DNA of 64,000 bases from IMG/VR virus record IMGVR_UViG_3300044712_000732, positions 61,776 through 125,775 of that record, one strand, 5' to 3'. The translations under genes were made by a program, and so were the position numbers. Shown piece by piece: positions 42,836-52,505 of this stretch. The notes below the pieces were generated by a model that made no database searches, was not told the origin of the DNA, and saw only the letters and a list, made by a program, of their open reading frames with translations. Numbering within the stretch: position 1 is the first letter of the stretch; the number at the start of each line of letters is the position of its first letter. Source of the stretch: a virus.

Positions 42836-43216
42836 TTAAGAAGCAGACGATGATGAATGTCCACTAGTTCCAAAACCTTTTGATGATTTTGCACCTGTGC
42901 TAGATTTTGCACCATTTGCACCACTTCTAGTAAACTTAGATGTTCTAGGGATTGATGATGGGCGACTTACTACAGCACCACTAGGACTTCTATATTCACC
43001 ACTCGATGGATAATAACACACTGTTGTGCGTTGACCATTCATCATTGAATAAATCATCCAATAACCCATAGCACTATTCCATGTGCTAGTATTACCACGA
43101 TTATCAATGTAGGTTTGACCATCAGTTGGGGATTCAGGATATTCGTTCTTTTTTTCACAAGATGACAATAAACTTAATGCTAATATTGCCAAAAAAATTG
43201 GATTTGATTTTTTCAT
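42836..43216 (-). CDS. Ser/Gly-rich lipoprotein
   Basis: MKKSNPIFLAILALSLLSSC lipobox signal. Confidence 0.5.
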   Translation of the reverse strand: MKKSNPIFLAILALSLLSSCEKKNEYPESPTDGQTYIDNRGNTSTWNSAMGYWMIYSMMNGQRTTVCYYPSSGEYRSPSGAVVSRPSSIPRTSKFTRSGANGAKSSTGAKSSKGFGTSGHSSSSAS

Positions 43217-43295
43217 AAATCTTAAACTTTTTAATTTTTAATTTATTTTTAAAGATTCAAATATATAAAACTTTTTAATATTTTCAAAATTATTT

Positions 43296-44978
43296 TTATT
43301 TTTTATTGATAAAATATACAGAATCATGATTAACCACAATTATACCACCATTGGTACAATGTATTACTGAATTTTCAAATATTTCAGTACTTTGATAACT
43401 TACCAATTCTTGCATATTAGAAGAATTAATTAATGTTAATTTATCATCTTCTGGCATAACCAAAATGTTATCATTTAAATAATCAAACATTCGTAATGAT
43501 GTATAAGTTGAATCAAATATTTCAACTTGCAAATTTTTGATAAAAAACATTTTATAACAAACGCTTTCGTTTTCAATAACCTCAATTATACCAAATTGTC
43601 CACTTTGATGTAAATTCTTTATTTTATATTTTAAAAATGCTGAATTTAATCCATTTTTTTCATAAAATAAAACGGTATTACCTGATACATTTTGATATAA
43701 ACTATATAAGCTATTAAATCTGCCACCAAAAACTTCAGTTGTATCATATGATATTTTATCACCAAATTTATTGTTAAGATCAAATTTATACATAGTATCA
43801 TTTGTGACAATAACTAAAATATTGTTGTATAAATCGGATTTTAAATTATTGGTATTAAATTTCATAATCACTTTATCATTCAATACATCAATCAAATTAT
43901 TATCGACAATTGAATAAACATCGTTATTATAAACAAATAATTTGTTTTTAGTATTTATATTTTCTTTAATCAATATTAACTTAAATGTACCCTTTAATGA
44001 AACATCATAAACCAATAATTGATTTTTATCATTCAACAAAACTAATCTATCTTTACTAGAATAACTATTAATAATATTTCCAGTATATTTGGCAATTAAT
44101 GTGTGTATCACGAGTTCATTTGTTTTAATTACTGTTGGTATAACTACTTTTTGTGTTTTTACTACAGGTTGTTGTACTTTACTATTCAAATCAATAATAA
44201 ATCGTTCACCATTATTAAATATTCTTTCAAATTGAATTAATATATTTGGATTTGAAATCGGTTCATAACATTTTGGTACAATAACATCAGAACTATTCAG
44301 TATAGATTTTTTATTGAACATTCTATCTGAAATTTTAGGCATAGTTTTACAAACACCTTTAAATGGATGTGTGTATGTTAACCCATTAAACGCCAATACA
44401 CCAAGTGCAAAATAATCACTTTTTATAGTAACATTTCCACCATATAAATAATCTCTAATATCATCTAACAATATTCCGGAATGCTTAATTGATGGGGTTT
44501 CATAGGAATCAACATCCAAAAAATATATCATACCCCTATCATTTACTAAAATATTGTATGGATTGAGATCACCAATTACAATATTTTTGGAATGTGCAAA
44601 TTTTACAGCATCAATAAGTCTTTCAATTATTAATTCTTTAATTTTATCTGTAATACCTTCACGAATACAAAAATTTTTATTGAAAACAGACAACAATGGA
44701 TAAAAATTTGATGGAACTTTTCGCATAATAAACCCAATGACCTTTTTTCTATCATCAAATAATAATTCATCAGGTTTAATAAAAATATTATTTTTTAATT
44801 CAGATAATTCATTAAATTTGGTTTCGGCAATTGGTTTAATATTGGGTAAATATATTTTTGCAACCTTATCAGTCGAAATATCTATTATCTTACCTTCACC
44901 ACCCCTAGCAATTTCATTACTTTCGTTGATATTGTATAATAAATCACCTTTTTTGTTATATGCTTTCAACATAATCAA
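43296..44978 (-). CDS. Ser/Thr protein kinase-like protein with C-terminal repeat domain
   Basis: Gly-rich loop ARGGEGKI, VAKIY (VAIK-like), catalytic loop IVIGDLNPYNILV (HRDLKPxN-like) and FLDVDS (DFG-like). Confidence 0.6.
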   Translation of the reverse strand: MIMLKAYNKKGDLLYNINESNEIARGGEGKIIDISTDKVAKIYLPNIKPIAETKFNELSELKNNIFIKPDELLFDDRKKVIGFIMRKVPSNFYPLLSVFNKNFCIREGITDKIKELIIERLIDAVKFAHSKNIVIGDLNPYNILVNDRGMIYFLDVDSYETPSIKHSGILLDDIRDYLYGGNVTIKSDYFALGVLAFNGLTYTHPFKGVCKTMPKISDRMFNKKSILNSSDVIVPKCYEPISNPNILIQFERIFNNGERFIIDLNSKVQQPVVKTQKVVIPTVIKTNELVIHTLIAKYTGNIINSYSSKDRLVLLNDKNQLLVYDVSLKGTFKLILIKENINTKNKLFVYNNDVYSIVDNNLIDVLNDKVIMKFNTNNLKSDLYNNILVIVTNDTMYKFDLNNKFGDKISYDTTEVFGGRFNSLYSLYQNVSGNTVLFYEKNGLNSAFLKYKIKNLHQSGQFGIIEVIENESVCYKMFFIKNLQVEIFDSTYTSLRMFDYLNDNILVMPEDDKLTLINSSNMQELVSYQSTEIFENSVIHCTNGGIIVVNHDSVYFINKK

Positions 44979-45562
44979 TTAATTTTTACTAAGTTATAAA
45001 TTTCAGTAAGTCTATTTTGATATTCCATTTCAATATCTTCACCTTTAAATGGGTGATTTCTGAACCCAGAACTTGTAATAGCTTCACCTGGTTCTGGACT
45101 AAGTATATGATTTATTTCATGTGATTCATAGGTTATCATATCAAGGGGTTCATCATAAAAATGTGAATTTATTGATAATTCAGCACATTTAAAACTATAA
45201 CCATCTAAAGATATAATTTTCAAAATACTCAATAATTTACCATCTCTTGTAATACGTTTAATGAAATATTTGGATATTATTGGATTAAATTCATCACATA
45301 ATTGTTCATAAGAAATTTCATTCAAAACATCTAGTGGTTTTATATCAGATAAAATTACAATTGATAATTCACCTAATCTATAATCCCTCGTTGATAAAGA
45401 ATTCAATTTACTAACTAATTTTTTATTATATGGAAATATACACATCCATATTTGTTGATTTTCGTTTAGTTCATAAATCTTACAAAACTTTAAATCACTT
45501 GGAACATTTAAAATAAATTCTTCTGTTCCTGAATAATGGCGACGTTGAATTTTATATTTCAT
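44975..45562 (-). CDS. putative HExxH metallopeptidase
   Basis: SHEINHILS contains HEINH; evidence is motif-only. Confidence 0.35.
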   Translation of the reverse strand: MKYKIQRRHYSGTEEFILNVPSDLKFCKIYELNENQQIWMCIFPYNKKLVSKLNSLSTRDYRLGELSIVILSDIKPLDVLNEISYEQLCDEFNPIISKYFIKRITRDGKLLSILKIISLDGYSFKCAELSINSHFYDEPLDMITYESHEINHILSPEPGEAITSSGFRNHPFKGEDIEMEYQNRLTEIYNLVKIN

Positions 45563-45565
45563 AAT

Positions 45566-45946
45566 TTATTTATAAAAGCTATCAACAATATTTTTAAATT
45601 CTATTGGAATTTCAATATCAACAATATTACAATCATCCAATACATTAACATCACAAGTTCTACCTATACATAAATCATCTCCACCAAATAAATGTTTCCA
45701 AAATCCCATCAAACCAATAGATGACCCTCCATCACTATGTTTAGTAAGCATTATTGGTGCAAAACTACCACCTTCTCTTGGTGCTTTCTTAATTAAATTA
45801 ACCGCATCTTGAGTTATATCAACTTCTTTTGTGTCAATAACACAACCTAGTTGACCCGAACTTTTTGGATTATTGATAAATGTTCCATTATCTAAATCAG
45901 TTTCAGCACCTATAACCCCCTTGTAAGCAAAAATTTTTGTTTTCAT
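45566..45946 (-). CDS. hypothetical protein
   Basis: 126-aa ORF. Confidence 0.4.
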   Translation of the reverse strand: MKTKIFAYKGVIGAETDLDNGTFINNPKSSGQLGCVIDTKEVDITQDAVNLIKKAPREGGSFAPIMLTKHSDGGSSIGLMGFWKHLFGGDDLCIGRTCDVNVLDDCNIVDIEIPIEFKNIVDSFYK

Positions 45947-45980
45947 ATCGTTTTTGATTTAGTTCAAAAATATATTTTTA

Positions 45981-46424
45981 TTAACCAATATCATTTATTT
46001 TTCTTTTAAATACACAATGAGTATTATTTAAACTTATAAAGTCATATCCAAAAACATAATAATCATTTATCATTTTTTCAAGATTAATTTGATCATCAAT
46101 TAATACTACCTTATAAATATCAAAATTTAAATTTAAATCATTTATTACGTGCATCATTGTAGTTTCGCACACAAATTCTTTATCTCCACAACCAATATGA
46201 ACAAAATCTTTTAATTCAGATGATAAATAATACCCATTAATTTTAACTGGATTAACACCACCACCACCATCTAAATTATTAATAATTATATATTTCCATT
46301 CATTATAAATATAAATTTGTAAATAATAACGTTCTTCATCATTATCAAATGTTATTATTCTTACTCGAAATTTATCATTCAAATATCCATAAATATTAGA
46401 TTTAATTTTTTTCATATTTTTCAT
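45981..46424 (-). CDS. hypothetical protein
   Basis: 147-aa ORF. Confidence 0.4.
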   Translation of the reverse strand: MKNMKKIKSNIYGYLNDKFRVRIITFDNDEERYYLQIYIYNEWKYIIINNLDGGGGVNPVKINGYYLSSELKDFVHIGCGDKEFVCETTMMHVINDLNLNFDIYKVVLIDDQINLEKMINDYYVFGYDFISLNNTHCVFKRKINDIG

Positions 46425-46432
46425 ATTGATTT

Positions 46433-47155
46433 TTAATAAATAAATCTAACAACTGATAAATCATCAAAATTTGAATATCCATTTTTTGGTTGTGTCAAAA
46501 TATTATATTTTCTAGCCAACATAACTTCACTATCAATTAATTTTTTATCATATAATAAATCTTCTATAACATTTGAATATGTTTTAGATGAATCGGAATT
46601 TCTGAATGAATAAATACCATCTGAACAAATAGATAATCCATTTTGTATATTATCAAATTTGAATTTTTTAATGTTTTTTTCATACACATCAAAAACTTTT
46701 TCATTTAAATGGTATGCTAAATAATCTGGTGCATTTTCAAATGATTCTAGTTTTATTTCTTTATCATCAACCACAATACAACCATCACCAGAAACTATGA
46801 TATAAGCTTGATTTTCTTTAAAAAAGACAATAATAAAAGTTGATAATATTTCTAAGTCTTTTAAACTTAATGTGTGTTTGATTTTCTTTAATTTATTAAA
46901 AAACTTAACAAATGTTTGTTTAGCAATATCTTCTAATGAATGATCCCCATCATCAAACATTTGATATGTTTTTGTATTTAAAACCCTATTTAAGATTTTA
47001 GAATATAAATTAGATGCAAAATGACTTTTTGTTCCAGTTGAACAACCATCAAAAACTGCACCAACATAATATGGTTCGGCAATAGAAAAAAACAGATCAT
47101 CCTCGCAATTAACGGGATGATCTGTTCCTTTTTTTAATACTGTCCTAATTAACAT
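46433..47155 (-). CDS. PP2C-like protein phosphatase
   Basis: VGAVFDGCSTGT and VSGDGCIVVDD resemble PP2C metal-binding motifs. Confidence 0.45.
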   Translation of the reverse strand: MLIRTVLKKGTDHPVNCEDDLFFSIAEPYYVGAVFDGCSTGTKSHFASNLYSKILNRVLNTKTYQMFDDGDHSLEDIAKQTFVKFFNKLKKIKHTLSLKDLEILSTFIIVFFKENQAYIIVSGDGCIVVDDKEIKLESFENAPDYLAYHLNEKVFDVYEKNIKKFKFDNIQNGLSICSDGIYSFRNSDSSKTYSNVIEDLLYDKKLIDSEVMLARKYNILTQPKNGYSNFDDLSVVRFIY

Positions 47156-47157
47156 AG

Positions 47158-47841
47158 TTAGAATGTTACAACGGGATTATTTCCACTTGCACTCTTTGAT
47201 ATCGAGCTAGAAATAAACGAAATCATCTTTTTTATTTCTTTTCCAGTATCACCAACTTTTGCTAAGTGTTCAATACCCATTTCAAGTTGTGCATTTTCAA
47301 AATGTGCCTGAGTTCCAACACCAAATAATATGGTAGTAAAACTAAAAGCATTTGCTTCATTATCTTTAATTGTTTCTAATGAAGATTTAACTTTTTGGGC
47401 AGCATTATTTGCACTTGAATTGTCTTCACCATCGGTAATAACAAATACTAATGTTTTAACATTAATGCCCGAACTTTCGAGATTTTCCCTATATTCTACT
47501 GCATTTTTAATACCAGACATAACAGCATCATATAATGCTGTACCACGACCTTGTGGAACAAATGTTGTTACAGGTACACCAATAATAGGCTGAAATCCAC
47601 TACGTACCCTTACATCTTCATCAAACTCAACAATAGAAACAAATAATCTGTCGTGTACGTGTGATGCTTGCATTGTTTGAACAAAATCGTTGAATGCATT
47701 GTTTAAATCATCAATATAACGACCAACACTTGGTGATACATCCACTACAAAAACACAGTTTATTGTTTCTTCCACCTGGATTTTATCAGGATCAAAATTA
47801 TTAAAAGTCAACCCCAAATCAAAATTATCAAATTCACTCAT
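47158..47841 (-). CDS. von Willebrand factor A (vWA, TerY-like) domain protein
   Basis: Complete MIDAS: VVDVSPSVG (DxSxS), ...TALYDAV..., ...FVITDGEDN. Confidence 0.65.
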   Translation of the reverse strand: MSEFDNFDLGLTFNNFDPDKIQVEETINCVFVVDVSPSVGRYIDDLNNAFNDFVQTMQASHVHDRLFVSIVEFDEDVRVRSGFQPIIGVPVTTFVPQGRGTALYDAVMSGIKNAVEYRENLESSGINVKTLVFVITDGEDNSSANNAAQKVKSSLETIKDNEANAFSFTTILFGVGTQAHFENAQLEMGIEHLAKVGDTGKEIKKMISFISSSISKSASGNNPVVTF

Positions 47842-47846
47842 ATTTA

Positions 47847-48635
47847 TTATAGATTAATGTTAGTTGATGTTTCAAATCTGATACCGAGTTTTTTTGCATC
47901 ATCATAGATTTTATCTGCGATGTGTTCAAATCCTGTCACATTAGACATACAATCGGTCAAAATGATGAATTTTTTTGCCAATTCTGGTGTGTATTCCATT
48001 GCTTGTTTTAGTGTGTTAGCAACACAGTGAGACATTGCTTCACCCGCAAAATAAATTTCATCAAATTGTTCCAATTTTTTAAGCAATCCTTGATTTAATT
48101 GTGTTTCAGGTTTACCTTCAACTGGCACGTTTGCACGAAAAGCCCCAAAATGTTCAGTCATAGGATAAGTACCCTTAGTAACAACTTGATAAAAATTCTT
48201 ATTTGCACGACACCATTGTTTAATAGGCAACATAATGGAATCTACAAAACTTGCACCCATTGTTCCAATAATACAATGTTCAGGCCAAATACAATGTGGA
48301 AATTCACCTTGTTTTTCAAGTTCTTCAACATATTTGATCGCTTCGTTTGGTGCAAATCTTGGACTCCAAGTTCCAGATAGCACATCAGATACAGATATAA
48401 TAGTGAATGGGTTTGGATAATTTCCATCCTTATCCATCCAAAAACTTGGATGACTAATATCATTCACCTGATGTGAATCCATTGTCAATCCGATAAAATC
48501 AATTTGTTTCTCATTCTTGCGAATAAACTCACCCACACGTACCATATCTGCATCTGCACCTTGTACAAACAGTGATCCTTGTGGATTACAAAAATCAAAT
48601 TGACCATCAATAATTAATAATGCAATTTTCTTCAT
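47847..48635 (-). CDS. isochorismatase-family hydrolase (nicotinamidase-like)
   Basis: ALLIIDGQFDFC N-terminal motif and AGEAMSHCVANT catalytic-Cys region. Confidence 0.55.
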   Translation of the reverse strand: MKKIALLIIDGQFDFCNPQGSLFVQGADADMVRVGEFIRKNEKQIDFIGLTMDSHQVNDISHPSFWMDKDGNYPNPFTIISVSDVLSGTWSPRFAPNEAIKYVEELEKQGEFPHCIWPEHCIIGTMGASFVDSIMLPIKQWCRANKNFYQVVTKGTYPMTEHFGAFRANVPVEGKPETQLNQGLLKKLEQFDEIYFAGEAMSHCVANTLKQAMEYTPELAKKFIILTDCMSNVTGFEHIADKIYDDAKKLGIRFETSTNINL

Positions 48636-48680
48636 TTTGTTATTTTTTTGTTATTAATTTATGAATAAAAGCCTGTTTCA

Positions 48681-50429
48681 TTATTGAAACAAGCTAATTA
48701 AAGTGTCTTTCGACATATCAGTTAAATCTATTTTAGCTTCATTTTTTGCAATGGTAAACCCTGCATCAATAAGAACATCTTTCAAGTTCAGATAACAATC
48801 TAAGATTGATATCGCATATGTTGTATACAAATCTGTTATAGAATTATATGATACACGACCATTTCCGGTTCTAAATTGTGCCAATATGAACTTTTCACCT
48901 GTAAGAACCCCTAAAGATTTTTCTTTTGAATCCATTTCCATATCGACAGTAAACAACACATTATTTGGATCAACCATATAATTTTTATGTATATTTCCAA
49001 TTTTTTCAGATGCTAAAAACATCTTAAATTTTGAATTTGGTGATCCACCAAACATATTAACTTTAACAATTGATGGTGTAAATCCTTTACCTGCATAATA
49101 TAATTCTGTTGCATCAGGTTCAGCATATGTCATATCACCAGAATATATAATAGAATTTCTTTCGTTAGTATAACTTGCATTCCAACCATATTTTTTACCA
49201 TCAATTGTCATTAATGATAAGTCAAGATCGTTAGCACCATCAACATTTTTCCAATTAATACCAACAATACAGTCCGTTTCACTAAAATCGAAAGATGTTC
49301 CAATTGGATAATTACCAACAAATGATTTTTCTGATGTTGGTATTGTGATATTAACACCCTTTGGAATATTAATTACACACGCTTTTTCTTTCAAAGAATC
49401 AATTAAACTTTGATAAATAATCGCATAAACTTTGCTTAAATAAGCCATGTTTATTGTATTTGTATTCTCTTTCATATACAACTTTCCATTTCGGATACCA
49501 AAACTTTTCATTTCAGTTTCTTTTAATCGAATATTGATAGTTTGAAGCAACAATACTTTCTTAAAATTGGTAACTTTAGAAAGTTTTTCGTGTAATTTTG
49601 TTAAATCCTGTTCAAAACCTAACAACCTTTCAAAATAACCCAATTCTAATGGTTTATGATTAGTATTAGCCAACTTTCTTAATTTGTTTACACATTTATT
49701 GTTCACTTTATTTCCTTTAAAAGCCAAAAATATTGGTTTGAATCTGAAAAATACTTCAGATAATTTTTCATATCCAAATTTTTCAACAATCTTACTAATA
49801 TCAATTTTACTATTTTTTATAGTAAAAATTGTAACTCTATCTTTGATTAATAAAGTTTTACCTGTTACATTATATACCAAAAATCTAACCATTTCAACCG
49901 GATCAGATGGTAATATACCAAGTTTTTTACAAAGAAACATTTTAGCTTCTTTATTTTTAACTTTTTCAATATCAATGGTATATTTGAATTCATCAAGTAA
50001 TGTCAAAACATCTTCAATGGTTTCTTGTTTTAAGGCAATACCACTAAATAACATCTTTTCGCATCTTTCGATACATTCTTCTTGTGTTATTGGTAAAATA
50101 ACCTTATATGTTGAATACTGAATCAATTCAGGTTCGTCATTAGGTATATATGGTGTACCTTCGAAATTTGTACCATATGTTGACATATAATGAAGACATT
50201 GATCAACAAACAATTCAAATCTTGTTTTGTCCGTGATATCTTTAAATGTTTTATAAAAAGTTGAATTATAATTAACTTGTTTAGTTTTCAAAAACTCAAC
50301 AACCGTTTTATTAACACAACTAGGATGAATAATATATCCAACCTTTAATGCCAATTCAATAACTTGTGCATATGTTGCACCATCGCTGTTTCTAACTAAA
50401 CTTCTGTTGAATAATTTTAACTCTGTCAT
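48681..50429 (-). CDS. hypothetical protein (582 aa); C-terminal region faintly TerD-like
   Basis: ...NDLDLSLMTIDG...SGDMTYAEPDATE loosely resembles the TerD Ca-binding GDN.TGEG.GDDE motif. Very weak. Confidence 0.4.
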   Translation of the reverse strand: MTELKLFNRSLVRNSDGATYAQVIELALKVGYIIHPSCVNKTVVEFLKTKQVNYNSTFYKTFKDITDKTRFELFVDQCLHYMSTYGTNFEGTPYIPNDEPELIQYSTYKVILPITQEECIERCEKMLFSGIALKQETIEDVLTLLDEFKYTIDIEKVKNKEAKMFLCKKLGILPSDPVEMVRFLVYNVTGKTLLIKDRVTIFTIKNSKIDISKIVEKFGYEKLSEVFFRFKPIFLAFKGNKVNNKCVNKLRKLANTNHKPLELGYFERLLGFEQDLTKLHEKLSKVTNFKKVLLLQTINIRLKETEMKSFGIRNGKLYMKENTNTINMAYLSKVYAIIYQSLIDSLKEKACVINIPKGVNITIPTSEKSFVGNYPIGTSFDFSETDCIVGINWKNVDGANDLDLSLMTIDGKKYGWNASYTNERNSIIYSGDMTYAEPDATELYYAGKGFTPSIVKVNMFGGSPNSKFKMFLASEKIGNIHKNYMVDPNNVLFTVDMEMDSKEKSLGVLTGEKFILAQFRTGNGRVSYNSITDLYTTYAISILDCYLNLKDVLIDAGFTIAKNEAKIDLTDMSKDTLISLFQ

Positions 50430-50460
50430 AATGTGTTTTTTGTTGTTAATTAATAAAAAT

Positions 50461-50782
50461 AAAGGCGAATAGTAACTTTTTTCATAAATTGAGTTTGTAA
50501 TAGGAACTATTTATGCCTTTTTGAAAAAAGCGGATTGTAAATCACATATAAGGTTTTTATAGGAACAATCTATGCTTAATTTTCGTGACAAATATAATAC
50601 TTATTTTTTAATCACCAAATTTATTGTAAAAATTTTTTAATTTTTGTAGGAATAAAAAAGATAAAAGCGAATAGTATTTTTCCGTTGCATTGATTTGTAA
50701 TAGGAACTATTTATGCCTTTATCTTAAAAATAGCGAGTTGTATTGGTTATCTTGTAAAAGGTAAAATAGGAACAACTTATGC
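50461..50782. repeat. four copies of a ~17-bp motif TAGGAAC(A/T)A(T/C)(C/T)TATGC in a 430-bp non-coding region (two copies within longer ~60-bp repeats)
   Basis: Copies at about 50500, 50556, 50701 and 50766; aaaggcgaatagta...ttgtaataggaactatttatgccttt occurs twice. Confidence 0.6.
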
Positions 50783-50854
50783 TATTATGTATATATAAAA
50801 ATTTTTTATCAAAAAGTTTATTTTATATTGAATAATATTTTTATATATAATTTT

Positions 50855-51373
50855 TTATTGTAATTTATCGGATAATAATCTTTTTGCTTGATCCGTGTAT
50901 TGATTTTTAAATGATGCAACATATGTTAAATCACTTAAATCTGAATCATTTATTTTAATTGATACTAATCCACGATAAAAAAATGCAGAAGGATTTTTAT
51001 TGTCTTCGTATATTGCAAGATTTAATTGATAATATGATTCAAGATAATTTCCCAATTCATATTCACATCTACCCCTCATTACACGACCGTTATACATTGA
51101 TGATGCGCTAGTAAAATATATTAATGCATTTTTAAAATCCCCCGAATTAAAATATATCATACCTGCTAAGTATGCTGGTTCTGAATTCCATGCATTACAA
51201 TCAAATTTTCTTGATTTTATACAATCATTTATTGCATCATTGTAATTTTTATTGCTGTTTTTGATAATTGCTTGATTATAATAATATCGTGCAGAATCCA
51301 CATTGGTTTGACAATATGTATTAAAATTGAAAACAACAATAAAAATGGATAATATTATATTTTTTGTTTTCAT
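50855..51373 (-). CDS. secreted TPR/Sel1-like repeat protein
   Basis: Signal peptide MKTKNIILSIFIVVFNFNTYC followed by TPR-like repeats. Confidence 0.45.
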   Translation of the reverse strand: MKTKNIILSIFIVVFNFNTYCQTNVDSARYYYNQAIIKNSNKNYNDAINDCIKSRKFDCNAWNSEPAYLAGMIYFNSGDFKNALIYFTSASSMYNGRVMRGRCEYELGNYLESYYQLNLAIYEDNKNPSAFFYRGLVSIKINDSDLSDLTYVASFKNQYTDQAKRLLSDKLQ

Positions 51374-51439
51374 TGTATAAATATTAATTACAATACAAAG
51401 ATAGCAAAAAATATAATATTATCCAAATAAAAAATCAAT

Positions 51440-51660
51440 TATTCTGTAGCCAGGATTCTGTCATTTAAATCTCACATTTATCTAAAGTCTTTCGACTTTC
51501 CTTTCCAAAGAAAGGCGCACCAACCCGTTCTCATAAAATCGCTCACCTTCTCGAACTGTTTGGCTTGCTATCTCAGTAGTAAAAACGACTTATTAAGTCT
51601 CCTACTTTGAGCGAAATAGTCCTGAACTTCCTCTAATTTTTCAACCAGCGTAAGATCAAA
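51440..51660. other. GC-richer (~45-50% GC) structured non-coding island in a divergent intergenic region; candidate small RNA
   Basis: Multiple perfect hairpins (AAAGTC-TTTC-GACTTT, CCTTTC-CAAA-GAAAGG, GACTTA-T-TAAGTC) and a long-range TCGCTC/GAGCGA pairing; no ORF. Confidence 0.35.
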
Positions 51661-51720
51661 TAATCAATTTCATACAAAGATACAAAAAATATTTTAATAT
51701 CAAAAATTTATATATAAAAT

Positions 51721-52224
51721 ATGAATACAAAATTTATAGATTTTATTAATGAAGAATTGTCTGATGATGTAAAAGTATTAAGATTAAATTCAAAAGAAAC
51801 ACACAGTCTATTATTTTATGATGATAATAAATTTAAAGATAAAACTTTACCAATTAGATTACAGTTTGTAGCACATAATAATTTTAAAGATTATATTAAT
51901 AATTATTACATTATTTTAATGTTAAATGAACTAATTATTGGAATATCAAAGATTTCTAATATTTCAAAAAATACAACAATAATAGATTTTATTAATATTG
52001 ATGAAAAATATAGGCGTAATAAATTAACTAGATTAATATTAGATACTATATTTAAAGATGCAAAAAAATATAACAAGCAAATAAGTATTACACCATATAC
52101 AAAATTGGGTAAAAATCGGGTTCAACATATTTTAAAAGAATTTGCTAATAAATATAAAGTCAATTTTATAGATAGAAAATACACAGATTCAATTTATACA
52201 GATGAATATATGTCTGATATTTAA
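51721..52224 (+). CDS. hypothetical protein, possibly GNAT-like
   Basis: RRNKLTRLILDTIFKDAKKYN weakly resembles GNAT motif A. Confidence 0.3.
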   Translation: MNTKFIDFINEELSDDVKVLRLNSKETHSLLFYDDNKFKDKTLPIRLQFVAHNNFKDYINNYYIILMLNELIIGISKISNISKNTTIIDFINIDEKYRRNKLTRLILDTIFKDAKKYNKQISITPYTKLGKNRVQHILKEFANKYKVNFIDRKYTDSIYTDEYMSDI

Positions 52225-52502
52225 TTTTTAGATGGTTCTATAAAATCAACTACATTACTATAAATCCCTAGATTAAAATAACCACCAGTTTCAATTTCAT
52301 TTTTTAATGAATCTAAATATGTTTTAGGTTTTTCTTTAGATTTTATATAATGTTTCGAATCAAACTTATAATATGATAAAAATTCGACTAAACATTCATA
52401 AATCCCGATTTCAAATTCACCTACACCATCAGCATCCATTTTATCTAGTTTACGATCAACTATTTTTTGAAATGCTCGATATTCCAACTTTAGTTCTGTC
52501 AT
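52221..52502 (-). CDS. hypothetical protein
   Basis: 93-aa ORF downstream of the Tpt1 homolog. Confidence 0.4.
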   Translation of the reverse strand: MTELKLEYRAFQKIVDRKLDKMDADGVGEFEIGIYECLVEFLSYYKFDSKHYIKSKEKPKTYLDSLKNEIETGGYFNLGIYSNVVDFIEPSKN

Positions 52503-52505
52503 AAA

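Noticed and set aside
51500-51660. RNase P RNA-like motifs (AGGAAAGTC and ACAGAATCCTGGCT on the minus strand)
   Set aside because: The two motifs lie only about 45 nt apart rather than ~250 nt, the element is far too short (~220 nt), and AAAGTC is part of a local hairpin; the resemblance is judged coincidental.
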